NCBI GenBank assembly: GCA_963701025.1
Contig: OY969557.1
Coordinates: forward strand, 801,953-865,952
DNA length: 64,000 nucleotides
From: an uncultured bacterium
GTDB lineage: Bacteria; Patescibacteriota; Minisyncoccia; Phycocordibacterales; PALSA-1337
Direction of reading: 5' to 3'
Every line of letters begins with the position of its first letter. Position 1 is the stretch's first letter. Below are positions 28,998 through 39,799 of the stretch, one piece after another. A program made the translations under genes and the position numbers. The notes under the pieces are model-generated. The model was not told the DNA's origin. It saw nothing but the letters and a program-made list of their open reading frames with translations, and did no database searches.

Positions 28998-30119
28998 ATG
29001 AGGATCCTCATCGCCAGCGGCATATACCCACCCGACATAGGCGGTCCGGCCCAGTACGCGCGCAACCTCTTCGAGACGTGGAGTAGGCAGGGCCACTCGG
29101 TCAAAGTCGCGGCGTACCGCTGGGAACGCGTCGCGCCGCCGGGGTTTCGTCACCTGCTCTATCTCACCAAGATCATACGCAAGGGCTGGAAGGCTGATCT
29201 CATCCTAGTTCTCGATACCTGGTCGGCGGCCGTACCGACCATGATCGCTTGCGCCCTCATGGGAAAGAAGTACGTCATCCGCACGGGCGGCGATTTCCTA
29301 TGGGAATCGTACATCGAACGGACCGGCGACATGGTACTGTTCAGGGATTTTTACGGCCAGTCCAGCGGGGATTTCCTTTCGAAGCGATGGCCGAAGCTTT
29401 CCCGCAAAGAGCATCTCGTTTTCAGACTGTCAGGAGCCGTCCTGCGGCGCGCCAAGGCCGTAATTTTCAGCACCGAGTGGCAGAAAGGCATATTCGAAAA
29501 GGCCTACGGGCTTGATCCGAAGAGAAGCGCCATCGTCGAGAATTATTGCGGAACGAGGCATGTGTCGCCAGGGACTGAAGATGCGCTAGCCGCGCCCGAA
29601 GACGCGACGTTCGTTCTCGAGGGAAGGGATTTCGTCGCCGGCACGCGCTCTCTCAAGTGGAAGAACATCGACGCCATAAAAGCGTCTTTCGAGGACGCCC
29701 GTGCGGAGGTGAAGCGCCGCGGCTTGGCTGACATACATCTCGACACCGGCAAGGCCGTCTACAACAGTTTCGTGGAAAAGATAAGCCGCTCGTACGCGGT
29801 CATCCTCGCGTCCATAGGCGACATAAGCCCCAACATGATATTCGACGCTATCGCCGCCGGCACGCCATTCATCCTGACCAAAGAAACCGGCATCGCTGAC
29901 CGGGTCAAGGATGCGGCTATTTTCGTTGATCCGCTCGACCGCAGAGACATCGCCGACAAGATCGTCTGGCTTTCCGACCCGGCCAATCGCGCGGCACAGG
30001 CGGAGAAAGTGCGGAAGATAACATTCGTCCATTCATGGGAGGATATCGCCGGGGAGATAGTAAAAATATGGAAGATGGTGGAATCGAAGAAGGCGGAATC
30101 GAAGAAGGCGAGAAAATAA
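28998..30119 (+). CDS. Glycosyltransferase family 4
   Basis: GIYPPDIGGPAQY, DISPNMIFDA. Confidence 0.85.
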   Translation: MRILIASGIYPPDIGGPAQYARNLFETWSRQGHSVKVAAYRWERVAPPGFRHLLYLTKIIRKGWKADLILVLDTWSAAVPTMIACALMGKKYVIRTGGDFLWESYIERTGDMVLFRDFYGQSSGDFLSKRWPKLSRKEHLVFRLSGAVLRRAKAVIFSTEWQKGIFEKAYGLDPKRSAIVENYCGTRHVSPGTEDALAAPEDATFVLEGRDFVAGTRSLKWKNIDAIKASFEDARAEVKRRGLADIHLDTGKAVYNSFVEKISRSYAVILASIGDISPNMIFDAIAAGTPFILTKETGIADRVKDAAIFVDPLDRRDIADKIVWLSDPANRAAQAEKVRKITFVHSWEDIAGEIVKIWKMVESKKAESKKARK

Positions 30120-30120
30120 C

Positions 30121-31203
30121 ATGGTCAAGCGGCTGCTCATGATATCGACCGACCGGAAGATCTTCGACGAAGGGAGCGCCGTTCGCGCCCGCCAGGCCGA
30201 ATACGCTAAGAGCTGGGATGAGGTTCATATAATCGTCTTCTCCGGCAGGGGATTTTTCGAGCAGGCGATAAGCCAGAATTGCTGGGCATACCCGACGCGT
30301 TCTTGGACAAAGTGGCTTTATACTTTTGACGCCATGCGCCTCGGCCGATTCATCGTCGAAAATAAAGGTATAACCGACATCACCTGTCAGGACTCATCGT
30401 TGACGGCTATGGTCGGCGTCTCTCTGAAAAAGAGCGCGGCGAAGCGCGGCAAGGCACTGTCGCTCGAGATCCAGGTCCATGAAGACATCGGCGCGATGCA
30501 TTATGCATTCAATATCTCGAATAGGATTCGCAAAGCTCTAGCTCTTTCATATATTCCCAAGGTTGATCATATTAGGGTCGTTTCCGAAAGGATCAAAAAA
30601 TATATCGAATCGATTCTCCCCGTTTCTGGATTTCTGCCCGTTCGGCAGACAGGATTACCCCGTACTCCTACCATCGAGGTGCGGCCGATCAATGTAGACA
30701 TCGAAGCGGTCAAGAATGCTCCGATCATGACTGGGGCCGATCTTCATAAGAAGTATCCGCAGTTCGATAATATAATCCTCGTCGTCGGGCGGCTCGAGCC
30801 GGAGAAGAATGTCTCTCTGGCAGTGGACGCATTCGCCCTAGTCATGGCTAGGGCGCCGAAGATAGGTCTTATTATAGTGGGTCGCGGGTCGCAATTGAAC
30901 TCATTGAAAGACGCCGCTTCTAGAATCACGCCGCGAAGCTCGATTATCTTTGAAGGTTGGGCCGATAAAGCCACCCTTTATTCATATTACAAGACCGCCG
31001 ATTTGCTCCTTAATACATCTCTTTTTGAAGGCTATGGTATGGCTCTGGTCGAGGCTCATGCGGCGGGATGCCCGATCGTCTCTACGGATGTTGGCGTGGC
31101 GAGGGAAATGAGCGCGACCATCATTGATTGGGATGCACGGAGCGTGGCGGATGGCATTGTCGATGTCCTGGCTCGAATGAGTGGCGCGCGGGCATTGAAA
31201 TGA
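30121..31203 (+). CDS. Glycosyltransferase family 4
   Basis: VGRLEPEKN, EGYGMALVEAHAAG. Confidence 0.9.
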   Translation: MVKRLLMISTDRKIFDEGSAVRARQAEYAKSWDEVHIIVFSGRGFFEQAISQNCWAYPTRSWTKWLYTFDAMRLGRFIVENKGITDITCQDSSLTAMVGVSLKKSAAKRGKALSLEIQVHEDIGAMHYAFNISNRIRKALALSYIPKVDHIRVVSERIKKYIESILPVSGFLPVRQTGLPRTPTIEVRPINVDIEAVKNAPIMTGADLHKKYPQFDNIILVVGRLEPEKNVSLAVDAFALVMARAPKIGLIIVGRGSQLNSLKDAASRITPRSSIIFEGWADKATLYSYYKTADLLLNTSLFEGYGMALVEAHAAGCPIVSTDVGVAREMSATIIDWDARSVADGIVDVLARMSGARALK

Positions 31204-31204
31204 T

Positions 31205-32317
31205 ATGAAACTGCTCATCATCACCCAGAAGGCCGATATCAACGATCCGATACTCGGCTTTTTCCATCGTTGGATAGAGGAGTTCTCCAGGAATTTCGAA
31301 GCGGTCACGGTCATATGCCTGGAGGAAGGTCGGCATGAGCTTCCGGCGAACGTGAAAGTCTTGTCGCTGGGAAAAGAGAAAGCTCCGAAATCCAAAGCGA
31401 CGGGCAGATTTTTATACACAGTTAGATTTTTCCGGCATATATGGCGCGAGAGGAAGAATTATGACGCGGTGTTCGTGCATATGAATCCTATATACGCGGT
31501 CGGGGGTGGCTGGTTCTGGAAGATGTCTGGAAAAAAGATCGCCCTCTGGTACACACACAGGGCGGTTGACGTCAAATTACGCGTGGCGGAAAAATTCGCC
31601 GACGTCATTTTCACGGCCTCGGCGGAGGGTCTCACCCTGAAGACGGCAAAAAAACGGGTAGTGGGTCACGGTATCGACGTGGAACGGTACACTTCCGCGC
31701 GACACGCTTCCGAGGCGCGAATGAAGCGACTCGGCACCGAACCGATTTCCATCATCAGCGTCGGCCGCATTACGCCCATAAAGAACTGCGACACGCTCGT
31801 CGAAGCCGCGCGCGTTTTGAAAGAGAAATATGGTGCACGATTCACCGTGACCTTTATCGGCTCTTCGGTCACGGCTGGCGATAGGGGATATTCGGCCAAA
31901 GTAAAAAGCCTGGTGGAAAAATACGCTTTGGGAAGCATCGTCTCATTCGCCGGCGATATGAAACCGGTAGACATGCCCGCCGCGTACGCCTCTGCCGACA
32001 TTTCCATAAATCTCACCCCGACCGGCGGTCTCGACAAAGCTGTTCTCGAATCGATGGCCGCGGGCGTTCCGGTCTTGACCTCGAACGCGGCCTTCAAGAG
32101 CTACTTCGAATCCGCGTCGGCGGGTCTCGCGGATAAGCTCATATTCAGGGAACGCGACGCGAAAGATCTGGCGGAGAAGATCGCCGCTCTGTTCGGCCCG
32201 ACCCTGCGCAAGGATAACCTGCGGGACATCGGGCTTGCCCTTCAGAAGACGGTGAGAGAGAAAGCGGATGTCGGCGTTCTCATCGATAAGATCAGTGAAA
32301 GCATTAAAAATATATGA
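31205..32317 (+). CDS. Glycosyltransferase family 4
   Basis: VGRITPIKN, GGLDKAVLESMAAG. Confidence 0.9.
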   Translation: MKLLIITQKADINDPILGFFHRWIEEFSRNFEAVTVICLEEGRHELPANVKVLSLGKEKAPKSKATGRFLYTVRFFRHIWRERKNYDAVFVHMNPIYAVGGGWFWKMSGKKIALWYTHRAVDVKLRVAEKFADVIFTASAEGLTLKTAKKRVVGHGIDVERYTSARHASEARMKRLGTEPISIISVGRITPIKNCDTLVEAARVLKEKYGARFTVTFIGSSVTAGDRGYSAKVKSLVEKYALGSIVSFAGDMKPVDMPAAYASADISINLTPTGGLDKAVLESMAAGVPVLTSNAAFKSYFESASAGLADKLIFRERDAKDLAEKIAALFGPTLRKDNLRDIGLALQKTVREKADVGVLIDKISESIKNI

Positions 32318-33393
32318 TTTATAATATCTATTCCATACCGTATGAGATGCGCGGTTCGAAATATCTTGATCTACTTAAAAAAAGTATAGAAGACGGTATA
32401 CAGAAGGATACAGTCTTCAAAGTCAAAAGATTCTCTTGGAAAGAGCTTTTATTCGTAGCACGCGCTCCTAGCGAACGTCGCTTGGTGCAGATCCATTGGG
32501 AGACGAACATATATGGTAGCGAGTACGCGCTCGTCTCCCTCATACGGATGGCCTATCGATTTCCAGGCCTGCTTCTGTTGAAGCTTCGCGGAGTCAAGAT
32601 CGTCTGGACTATCCACAACCTCTCCGCCCACGATTACCCGCACCCATGGATAGATTCCATGGGAAGATCTCTCATGTGGCATATAGTTGACGCAGTAACT
32701 ATACAGCAAAAGAGATTTGCCGAGATTAAAAAAAAAGAGAGGAAAGGTCAAAAGTCGCCGCACATATATTATATACCCCATCCGAACTTCGTGGGAGTGT
32801 TCGGTCCGCCGTGGACTGGCGATAGGAAAAAGCTCCGCACCAAGCACGGTATAAGTCCAACGAGCATAGTCCTCTTAGCCTTTGGCAGCGTTCGTCCTTA
32901 CAAGGAATTGCCCACACTCATAGATGCAGTCACGGTTGCGCGCGGGAAGGGAGCTGATGTCGTTCTCCTTATTGCCGGTAAAGCGACCGAAGAATATGGC
33001 CAGGAAATATTGAAAAAATCCTATGGTAATCCGGCAGTCATAGCAAGGTTGGGCTTCGTGAACGACGCTGAAGTCCCAGAATTCATGGCCCTGAGCGACT
33101 ACTCGGCCCTTTATTACTCGGATTCATCCCTCAATTCCGGTCCTCTTCTCGTATCCTTATCTTACGGCATACCTGTCATAACCAGAGATATGCCGGCATC
33201 AGAGATCATTGTATCCGGCACAAACGGCCTTGTCTTCCATGATGAGCGTGAACTCATTAAGATTCTGCTCAACCTTAGTACAGTTCACATTTCCGGTAGA
33301 GATGATATCATCAGGACGTCCGGTCCGGATTGGCTGACTATGGCGGTAGAGCTTCGACGAGCGTATGTCGAGCTTTGGCAGGATCGGCCGTAA
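32314..33393 (+). CDS. Glycosyltransferase family 4
   Basis: WTIHNL, FGSVRPYK, SGPLLVSLSYG. Confidence 0.85.
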   Translation: MIYNIYSIPYEMRGSKYLDLLKKSIEDGIQKDTVFKVKRFSWKELLFVARAPSERRLVQIHWETNIYGSEYALVSLIRMAYRFPGLLLLKLRGVKIVWTIHNLSAHDYPHPWIDSMGRSLMWHIVDAVTIQQKRFAEIKKKERKGQKSPHIYYIPHPNFVGVFGPPWTGDRKKLRTKHGISPTSIVLLAFGSVRPYKELPTLIDAVTVARGKGADVVLLIAGKATEEYGQEILKKSYGNPAVIARLGFVNDAEVPEFMALSDYSALYYSDSSLNSGPLLVSLSYGIPVITRDMPASEIIVSGTNGLVFHDERELIKILLNLSTVHISGRDDIIRTSGPDWLTMAVELRRAYVELWQDRP

Positions 33394-33400
33394 TACATGC

Positions 33401-34435
33401 ATGAAATATCCATTATCAGAATTAATCGACCGCTATTCCATTTTGCATCTGAAGGTGAAACGATTGCCTGAAGATAAAGCCGTCCTGGCCGAATACGAGA
33501 AGTTCAGGAAGGCTATCGATGAATTCGGTGTCCAATGCGACGAGTTCGTGCAAGCCATGATCCAGGCGAACGGCAGGATCTGGGATCTTGAGTTCGACAT
33601 ACGCAACGGCAAGGATCTTCCTTTGGAAGAGGTCGGCAGGAGGGCCTTGCGGATACGCGAGATAAACGGCGAACGGATTGCCATCAAGAATCAGATTGCC
33701 AAAAAGTTCGGCGGTTTTCAAGAGATCAAGGTCGGTCACCACAGCTCTCGGCCCAAACAGACGGGATTTTTCGCCCGAGTGTTTCGGTTCGTCAAGGCTC
33801 GCTATGCTCCTCGCGGGGCCCGGTTGACTTATTCCCAATCAGGTGAGGACTTGACTATGCACGATATATTACTCAATGCAGAGATAAAAAAAGCCCGGTA
33901 TGTTGATATTGGTGCCCATCATCCGATTTTTGGCAATAACACTTATCTTTTCTATAGGAAAGGAGGTTTGGGAGTCCTCGTAGAGCCCAATCCAGACATG
34001 TGCCAGCTCATTAGGAAGCTTCGGCCGCGGGATATATGTGTCAATGCTGGCGCTGGAGCACGGAACGGTAAAGCTAATTTCTTCGTCTTTCCTCAAAGCA
34101 CCCGTAGCACCTTCTCCGCAGATCAGGCTTCATCCTGGGAGAAGTCTTCCGGACAACGATTCACCAATGAGAAACGCGATATCATCACCCTCGATACCAT
34201 CATACAGGATCATTTCCACGGCGATGCACCGGACATCATATCGATCGATGCGGAAGGCCTCGATGCAGAGATACTATCTGGATTCAGCTGGAAGGTCAGG
34301 CCGAAGATATTTTGCGTCGAATCTGGCGGCATGGCTGAAGCCGTCATGGAAGCCCACGACTATGTATTGAAAGCGAGGATATTTCAGAATGTTATCTTCG
34401 TGGATAAGGGATTCTTCGATAAGAAAAGATCATGA
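33401..34435 (+). CDS. DUF6165-like N-terminal domain fused to FkbM-family methyltransferase
   Basis: ELIDRYSIL...NGRIWDLE...NGERIAIK, then YSQSGED, YVDIGAHHP, VEPNP, SIDAEG. Confidence 0.8.
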   Translation: MKYPLSELIDRYSILHLKVKRLPEDKAVLAEYEKFRKAIDEFGVQCDEFVQAMIQANGRIWDLEFDIRNGKDLPLEEVGRRALRIREINGERIAIKNQIAKKFGGFQEIKVGHHSSRPKQTGFFARVFRFVKARYAPRGARLTYSQSGEDLTMHDILLNAEIKKARYVDIGAHHPIFGNNTYLFYRKGGLGVLVEPNPDMCQLIRKLRPRDICVNAGAGARNGKANFFVFPQSTRSTFSADQASSWEKSSGQRFTNEKRDIITLDTIIQDHFHGDAPDIISIDAEGLDAEILSGFSWKVRPKIFCVESGGMAEAVMEAHDYVLKARIFQNVIFVDKGFFDKKRS

Positions 34436-35226
34436 AGCTCGCGGCTATCCTGCGCATCAAGGATCAGATCCTTACCATAGACGAATGCATGTCCAAGCTC
34501 TCAACGATAGCGGACGATATCATCGTGGTCGACAACGGCTCGACTGACGGGACTCTCGATGCCTATGGCGCATATCCAAAGATAAGAAAGGTCCTCCATA
34601 CTGTTGGTTTCGACGAAGGCAGAGATAAGATCATGGTTCTCAATGAAGCCAAGAAGCTCGACCCGGAATGGATCCTCTGGATAGACGCCGATGAGATATT
34701 CGAGAAGCATTTCACCAGGGAGATCGCCGAAAGATACATGCGATCAAAGTATAATCGCGTCGTCTTTCGCATGTGTAATTTTTGGCTCGACCGAGTGCAT
34801 TGCCGCTATGATGGGCCATATTATCTATATACCCTTCATCCACAGAGAAGCATGTGGAGGAATATGCCGTCGGCCTATTTCATAGACAAAAAGATCCATA
34901 ACGGCGATATCCGGGGTGTGCCGGGAAAAACATTCATTTCTGCCTACCGTCTCAAGCATTACGGCTATTCCGATCCGGAGAAGATGCGGCAGAAGAGGGA
35001 ACTCTATATGAAAACGGATCCCAACGGCAGCCGCGATTATCCGGACCTTGACCCGAATAAGCCATTCAAGTCTTTCGTGTTCAGAGAATTCCAGTCGCCC
35101 ATTCTCAATGATGCGTATATACTGTTCTACAAGTACGCGTGCAATATCGTTTGGCTCGTCCTACGGGTCCGGTTGAAATTGGAAAAGATCCTTTCTCGCC
35201 GCGCCTTTCACATAAAACCATCATGA
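34432..35226 (+). CDS. Glycosyltransferase family 2
   Basis: VVDNGSTDGT, WIDADE, HYGY. Confidence 0.88.
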   Translation: MKLAAILRIKDQILTIDECMSKLSTIADDIIVVDNGSTDGTLDAYGAYPKIRKVLHTVGFDEGRDKIMVLNEAKKLDPEWILWIDADEIFEKHFTREIAERYMRSKYNRVVFRMCNFWLDRVHCRYDGPYYLYTLHPQRSMWRNMPSAYFIDKKIHNGDIRGVPGKTFISAYRLKHYGYSDPEKMRQKRELYMKTDPNGSRDYPDLDPNKPFKSFVFREFQSPILNDAYILFYKYACNIVWLVLRVRLKLEKILSRRAFHIKPS

Positions 35227-36122
35227 AGCCCCTCTGCCACATCTGCTCGACTCCGGCTGATTTCCTCATGAACAAGGACGGTTTCGACGAATATTCCTGT
35301 CCATACTGCGGGCTCTCGTTCGTATTCCCGCAACCGACGGCCGAATGGTTGAAAGATCACGTATACTCCTACGAATCCGGATATCAGGGTAATAAGCGGC
35401 CGGATCTCTCGGTTACGTCTCCAAATGAGCGGACGGGCAAAGCTCTTGACTTCCTTGTTCGGACGAAGCCCGGAGGCGTCCTGCTCGATGTCGGCTGTTC
35501 CAACGGCCAGCTCATGTACTGGGCGAAACAGAGAGGATTCTCTCCGAGCGGCGTCGAGATCAACAAGCGCACCGCGGATATGGCCGCCGACAATGGATTC
35601 CAGATATATCATGGATTTTTGGAAACATGTCCATTCAAAAGAGGGAGCTTCGACGCCATATATCTCGGCGACGTTATCGAGCATGCCAACAGTCCGCGCG
35701 ATCTCATACGGACCTGCGCGAGCTTCCTCAAGAGGGACGGCGTCATCGCCATATCGACGCCCAATGTCGACTGCTGGTGGTCTAAGGCGATACTCGTCCT
35801 CTATAAAATATTCGGCATACCGTGGTCGTCGGCCACGCCGCCACATCACCTGTTCCAGTTCAATTCCGGTAATCTGACCATGCTCATGGCTGAACAGGGC
35901 TTCAAGCCGGTTCGGATCATATTCACCGGACCGTCCAGTCTGCGCTATGAGCTCGGCTCGCTCCATCTTTTTGGCGCTTTGAAAAAACACAAGACTATCG
36001 GAAACCTCTTTTTCATGCTATTTTCCTTCAGCACCTACGCTCTCGTCTATGCCATATCAAGGGTCGTCGGTCCATTCCTGAAAAAGCGCTTCGAAATGGT
36101 TGTGATATATACACGAACATGA
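35223..36122 (+). CDS. Class I SAM-dependent methyltransferase with N-terminal Zn ribbon
   Basis: CHIC/CPYC, LLDVGCSNG, DVIEH, ISTPN. Confidence 0.9.
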   Translation: MKPLCHICSTPADFLMNKDGFDEYSCPYCGLSFVFPQPTAEWLKDHVYSYESGYQGNKRPDLSVTSPNERTGKALDFLVRTKPGGVLLDVGCSNGQLMYWAKQRGFSPSGVEINKRTADMAADNGFQIYHGFLETCPFKRGSFDAIYLGDVIEHANSPRDLIRTCASFLKRDGVIAISTPNVDCWWSKAILVLYKIFGIPWSSATPPHHLFQFNSGNLTMLMAEQGFKPVRIIFTGPSSLRYELGSLHLFGALKKHKTIGNLFFMLFSFSTYALVYAISRVVGPFLKKRFEMVVIYTRT

Positions 36123-36898
36123 AAGATCGTCTCTCAATGAAAAACCCCGCCCCCGTCTCCAATGCGGAACAGTACAGATCCAATGCGGACCGCTATAGCC
36201 GCGAATGGTTCGAAAAACAGCAGAAGGGTGCCTTGACGTCAGCCGAGATCATCCTGCCTATCGTCATCGACATGGTCTCGCCCAGATCGGTCGTCGATGT
36301 CGGCTGCGGCGTCGGCGCATGGCTTGAATTCTTCTTGAAGAATGGCGTGAGCGACATTCTCGGCGTTGACGGCCATTGGGTGGACGCGTCGCAATTGCGC
36401 ATATCGACACGATCATTTAGGAAAGTAGATATCAGTAAGCCATTTATCGTCGGTAAGAAAGCCGACTTGGCGATATGTCTCGAAGTAGGCGAGCATCTCG
36501 ACGGTTCCGCAGCGGAAAGCCTAGTCAGCGCTCTAGTTGAGGTCGCCCCCGTCGTCCTCTTTTCCGCCGCCATACCGAGCCAGCCGGGGACCGGACATGT
36601 GAACGGCCAATGGCCGGAATATTGGGCCGCACTTTTCAAGAAACATGGATATGTTCCGGTTGACTGCATCCGTAGGAGAGTCTGGATGAATCCGGCCGTC
36701 GAATATTGGTATGCACAGAACGCTCTCATCTATGTGAAGGAAAGCGAGCTCGGCGGATATCCCAAGCTCGCGAAAGAGGTCGAATGCGGATATTCCCAGG
36801 CGCTTCCCCTAGTACACCCGAGGAGATATTATTACGCTCTCAAACCGCCGTCGACGATCATGTTCAGGATCGTAAGGAAATTGAAGTCGATATGGTAA
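36119..36898 (+). CDS. Class I SAM-dependent methyltransferase
   Basis: VVDVGCGVG, CLEVGEHL, FSAAIPSQ, HVNGQW. Confidence 0.88.
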   Translation: MKDRLSMKNPAPVSNAEQYRSNADRYSREWFEKQQKGALTSAEIILPIVIDMVSPRSVVDVGCGVGAWLEFFLKNGVSDILGVDGHWVDASQLRISTRSFRKVDISKPFIVGKKADLAICLEVGEHLDGSAAESLVSALVEVAPVVLFSAAIPSQPGTGHVNGQWPEYWAALFKKHGYVPVDCIRRRVWMNPAVEYWYAQNALIYVKESELGGYPKLAKEVECGYSQALPLVHPRRYYYALKPPSTIMFRIVRKLKSIW

Positions 36899-36995
36899 TA
36901 CCCATGTCATGAAGAGTTCGCGTGATGAATTCTCCGAAACACTGATATAATGTTTTTATTGTAAGATTACTGTTATTAGTATTGAGCCATCATTA

Positions 36996-37937
36996 ATGCC
37001 ATCCGAGGACATAGTCGCATATCTGAAGAGATGCTTTTTTACGAGAGCCTTTTTCCATCGTGACCCATTGAGGCATCGCATAGCTGCTTTTACGGCTTGT
37101 AGGGAAAAAGCCTTTTCCGTGCGCGAGCTTCTTATCCTGTTATTGCCGACGAGGCTTATGTCGGTCAAAAAGGCCTTGCTGGAACGATATTATGTATATA
37201 TGCGCAGAAAATCAAGAGCAGAAACGGAGAGATACGCGCCGAATAACGGCGCTTTCAATCTGTTCGGCCAGAGCTTTTCATACCCCGATCAATCCGAGGC
37301 GGTCGTCCTCATAGACCAGATCATATCTTCCGATCAATATCAAGCGAGGCAATTCATTAAAAAAGACACCATCGTCATAGACGCCGGGGCTAATATCGGT
37401 GTCTTTGCTATATTCGCCGCCGCCTTGGCGCCCGCGGGCCGTGTATTCGCCTTCGAACCGGCAAAGAAGACATTCGATCTTCTCAAACGCAATACGGCGC
37501 CGTACGCGCAGATTGTCTGTCTCTCATCTGCTCTTGGGGTCGAGCGTTCCAGGAAGAATATCCTAGTTAGGGAAGGCACATCTGCGGAGAACATAATGGA
37601 AGATAGCCCGATGTTCGACCGAGGAGGAAATTCAAAAGGCGTGTGGGAAAAGGTCGATATGACGACCATAGACTCGTTCGTGTCGGAGAAAGGCCTGCCG
37701 CGGGTCGATTTCATAAAGATCGACAGTGAAGGATACGAGGCGAACATATTGCGCGGAGCCGAGAAGACGATACGAATCTTCGAACCAGTTATCGCCATGT
37801 CCGCGTATCATAACCGCGGTGACAAGGAAGAATTGCCTCGTATACTCAAAAAGATCGATGATAAATACGAATGCAAGCTCTATACCGATTGCGAACAGGA
37901 TCTCGTCTGCCGCGTTCCGTCGCGCGCATCTCTATGA
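36996..37937 (+). CDS. FkbM-family methyltransferase
   Basis: IDAGANIG, AFEP, FIKIDSEGYE. Confidence 0.9.
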   Translation: MPSEDIVAYLKRCFFTRAFFHRDPLRHRIAAFTACREKAFSVRELLILLLPTRLMSVKKALLERYYVYMRRKSRAETERYAPNNGAFNLFGQSFSYPDQSEAVVLIDQIISSDQYQARQFIKKDTIVIDAGANIGVFAIFAAALAPAGRVFAFEPAKKTFDLLKRNTAPYAQIVCLSSALGVERSRKNILVREGTSAENIMEDSPMFDRGGNSKGVWEKVDMTTIDSFVSEKGLPRVDFIKIDSEGYEANILRGAEKTIRIFEPVIAMSAYHNRGDKEELPRILKKIDDKYECKLYTDCEQDLVCRVPSRASL

Positions 37938-39799
37938 AGATATTATATCTTGCCAACATACGTCTGCCGACGCAAAGGGCCCACGGTGTGCAGATCATGG
38001 AAACCTGCGCCGCCATGGCCGCGGCAGGCCATGAGGTCACGCTCGCCGTATCCTCTTGGAAATCTGACGATGAGGACGCAATATTTTCTTACTATAATCT
38101 GCCAAAAAGCTTCGCTATAGTAAAGGTTGCCGGAGTCGGGCTCGTATCGTGGGGTAGAGTCGGCTTCTTCGCGAGATCTTTGCTTTTTTCCCTGAATGTG
38201 CGCAGAACGATTGATACCGGTCTATATGACGCAGTCTACACCCGTGATGAGTCGCTCGTGCGGCGCGGCTTTTTCTATGAGATCCATGATGTGCGCAGGG
38301 GTTCGTTTCAGCGTCATGCTCTCGCTCGTGCGGCTGGCATCGTGGCCATCACTCGCGGATTGGCGGACTATTGCCGTTCGGCAGGCGTCGGAGAGGATAG
38401 GCTGATAGTAGCCCCCGGCGGCGTCGATATTTCGAAATTCGATGTTCCGGAAGGTAAGGAAGCATGCCGTGCCAAGCTCGGCCTGCCTTCAGACGGCAAG
38501 ATCGTCCTCTATCTGGGTCATTTATTCTCTTGGAAAGGAGCCAGTATGTTAACGGAGGCCGCCTCATTGATCTCCGGTAAAGTGTCATTTCTATTTGTAG
38601 GTGGCACGGATTCAGATGTCTCGTTATTCAACGGCAGATTTGGCTCTGATCATCGCATCAAGCTCGTTGGCTATCAGCCGCGCTCCCGTGTACCGTATTA
38701 TATGCGCGCCGCCGACGTCTTGGTCTTGCCGAATAGCGGGAGAGAGGCCGTCTCGCGCCTCTATACGTCGCCGATGAAGATTTTCGAATACATGGCCAGC
38801 GGCACACCCATCGTCGCTTCCGACCTGCCCTCCTTGCGGGAGATACTGGACGGATCGAATGCCGTCTTGGCGGCGCCGGATGATCCCAAAGATCTCGCCA
38901 GAAACATAACCAGACTTATCGGCGATCCTGGTCTGGCCGGAAAGATATCGGAAAAAGCGAGGACGGACGTAGAACGATACACATGGTCGGCTCGAGTCTC
39001 GAGCATTATCGCTCTAATGAAAGACCGTCGTCCGGCGCTCAAAGACACCGCTTTCTATAATAAGGCGAGCGATACATATTCGAGTCGGCGTTATCCGGAG
39101 AAAAGCACTGATTACAATCATTTCTTCTTCAAGCGGCGCTTGGATGTAGTGATCGATATCTTGGAAGACGTCGTACCGCGGATGCAGAACCCTTCGCTTC
39201 TCGAGGTCGGCTGTGCCGATGGGGTGGTCTTGAGACGGGTCTTCGAGAAATTCGGCATGGGCATATCTTCATATGCTGGCATAGACATCGCTCCGCGCAT
39301 GATAGAGGTCGCCCATAAAAAGCATGCCGGTACCCCGCTTAGATTCTCGATACGCGATCCGAAAAAATGTTTCGGCGGCAAGGGTGGGAGCAGTTGGGAT
39401 ATCCTGATCGAGATCGGTGTGCTCAACTATGCCGACTTTGATCTGGAAATAGAGTGCGTAGAGCGGTCTCTTTCTGTTGCAGGTTACTACATCTGTTCCG
39501 TTGCCGGGAATGGCTCGCTTTGGGACCGCCTAGTCAGGGTCGACAAAAGATTCGAGAATTTCATGTCATATGCGGAATATGAAACGAAGATCCGTCGGTC
39601 ATTTGATATCGTGCGAGCGTATCCAGTCGGCCTTTATCTGCCCAAACTTTGGCGCGTACCAGCCATAGCGAGAATTATGCAACCGATATCTGAATCATGT
39701 ATTAGGCCGTTCTTACCGGGGTTGTTCCATGAGAAAGTCTATCTCCTGAAACGGTTTTCTCGTCCATCTCTCATATCTGTATCCAGCCATCGGGGATGA
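37934..39799 (+). CDS. GT4 glycosyltransferase fused to class I methyltransferase
   Basis: TSPMKIFEYMASG, then LLEVGCADG/GIDIA. Confidence 0.85.
   Translation: MKILYLANIRLPTQRAHGVQIMETCAAMAAAGHEVTLAVSSWKSDDEDAIFSYYNLPKSFAIVKVAGVGLVSWGRVGFFARSLLFSLNVRRTIDTGLYDAVYTRDESLVRRGFFYEIHDVRRGSFQRHALARAAGIVAITRGLADYCRSAGVGEDRLIVAPGGVDISKFDVPEGKEACRAKLGLPSDGKIVLYLGHLFSWKGASMLTEAASLISGKVSFLFVGGTDSDVSLFNGRFGSDHRIKLVGYQPRSRVPYYMRAADVLVLPNSGREAVSRLYTSPMKIFEYMASGTPIVASDLPSLREILDGSNAVLAAPDDPKDLARNITRLIGDPGLAGKISEKARTDVERYTWSARVSSIIALMKDRRPALKDTAFYNKASDTYSSRRYPEKSTDYNHFFFKRRLDVVIDILEDVVPRMQNPSLLEVGCADGVVLRRVFEKFGMGISSYAGIDIAPRMIEVAHKKHAGTPLRFSIRDPKKCFGGKGGSSWDILIEIGVLNYADFDLEIECVERSLSVAGYYICSVAGNGSLWDRLVRVDKRFENFMSYAEYETKIRRSFDIVRAYPVGLYLPKLWRVPAIARIMQPISESCIRPFLPGLFHEKVYLLKRFSRPSLISVSSHRG

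Noticed and set aside
30069-30110. 15-bp tandem repeat GGAATCGAAGAAGGC at the end of a GT4 gene
   Set aside because: Simple local duplication giving ESKKAESKKA; no other copies seen.
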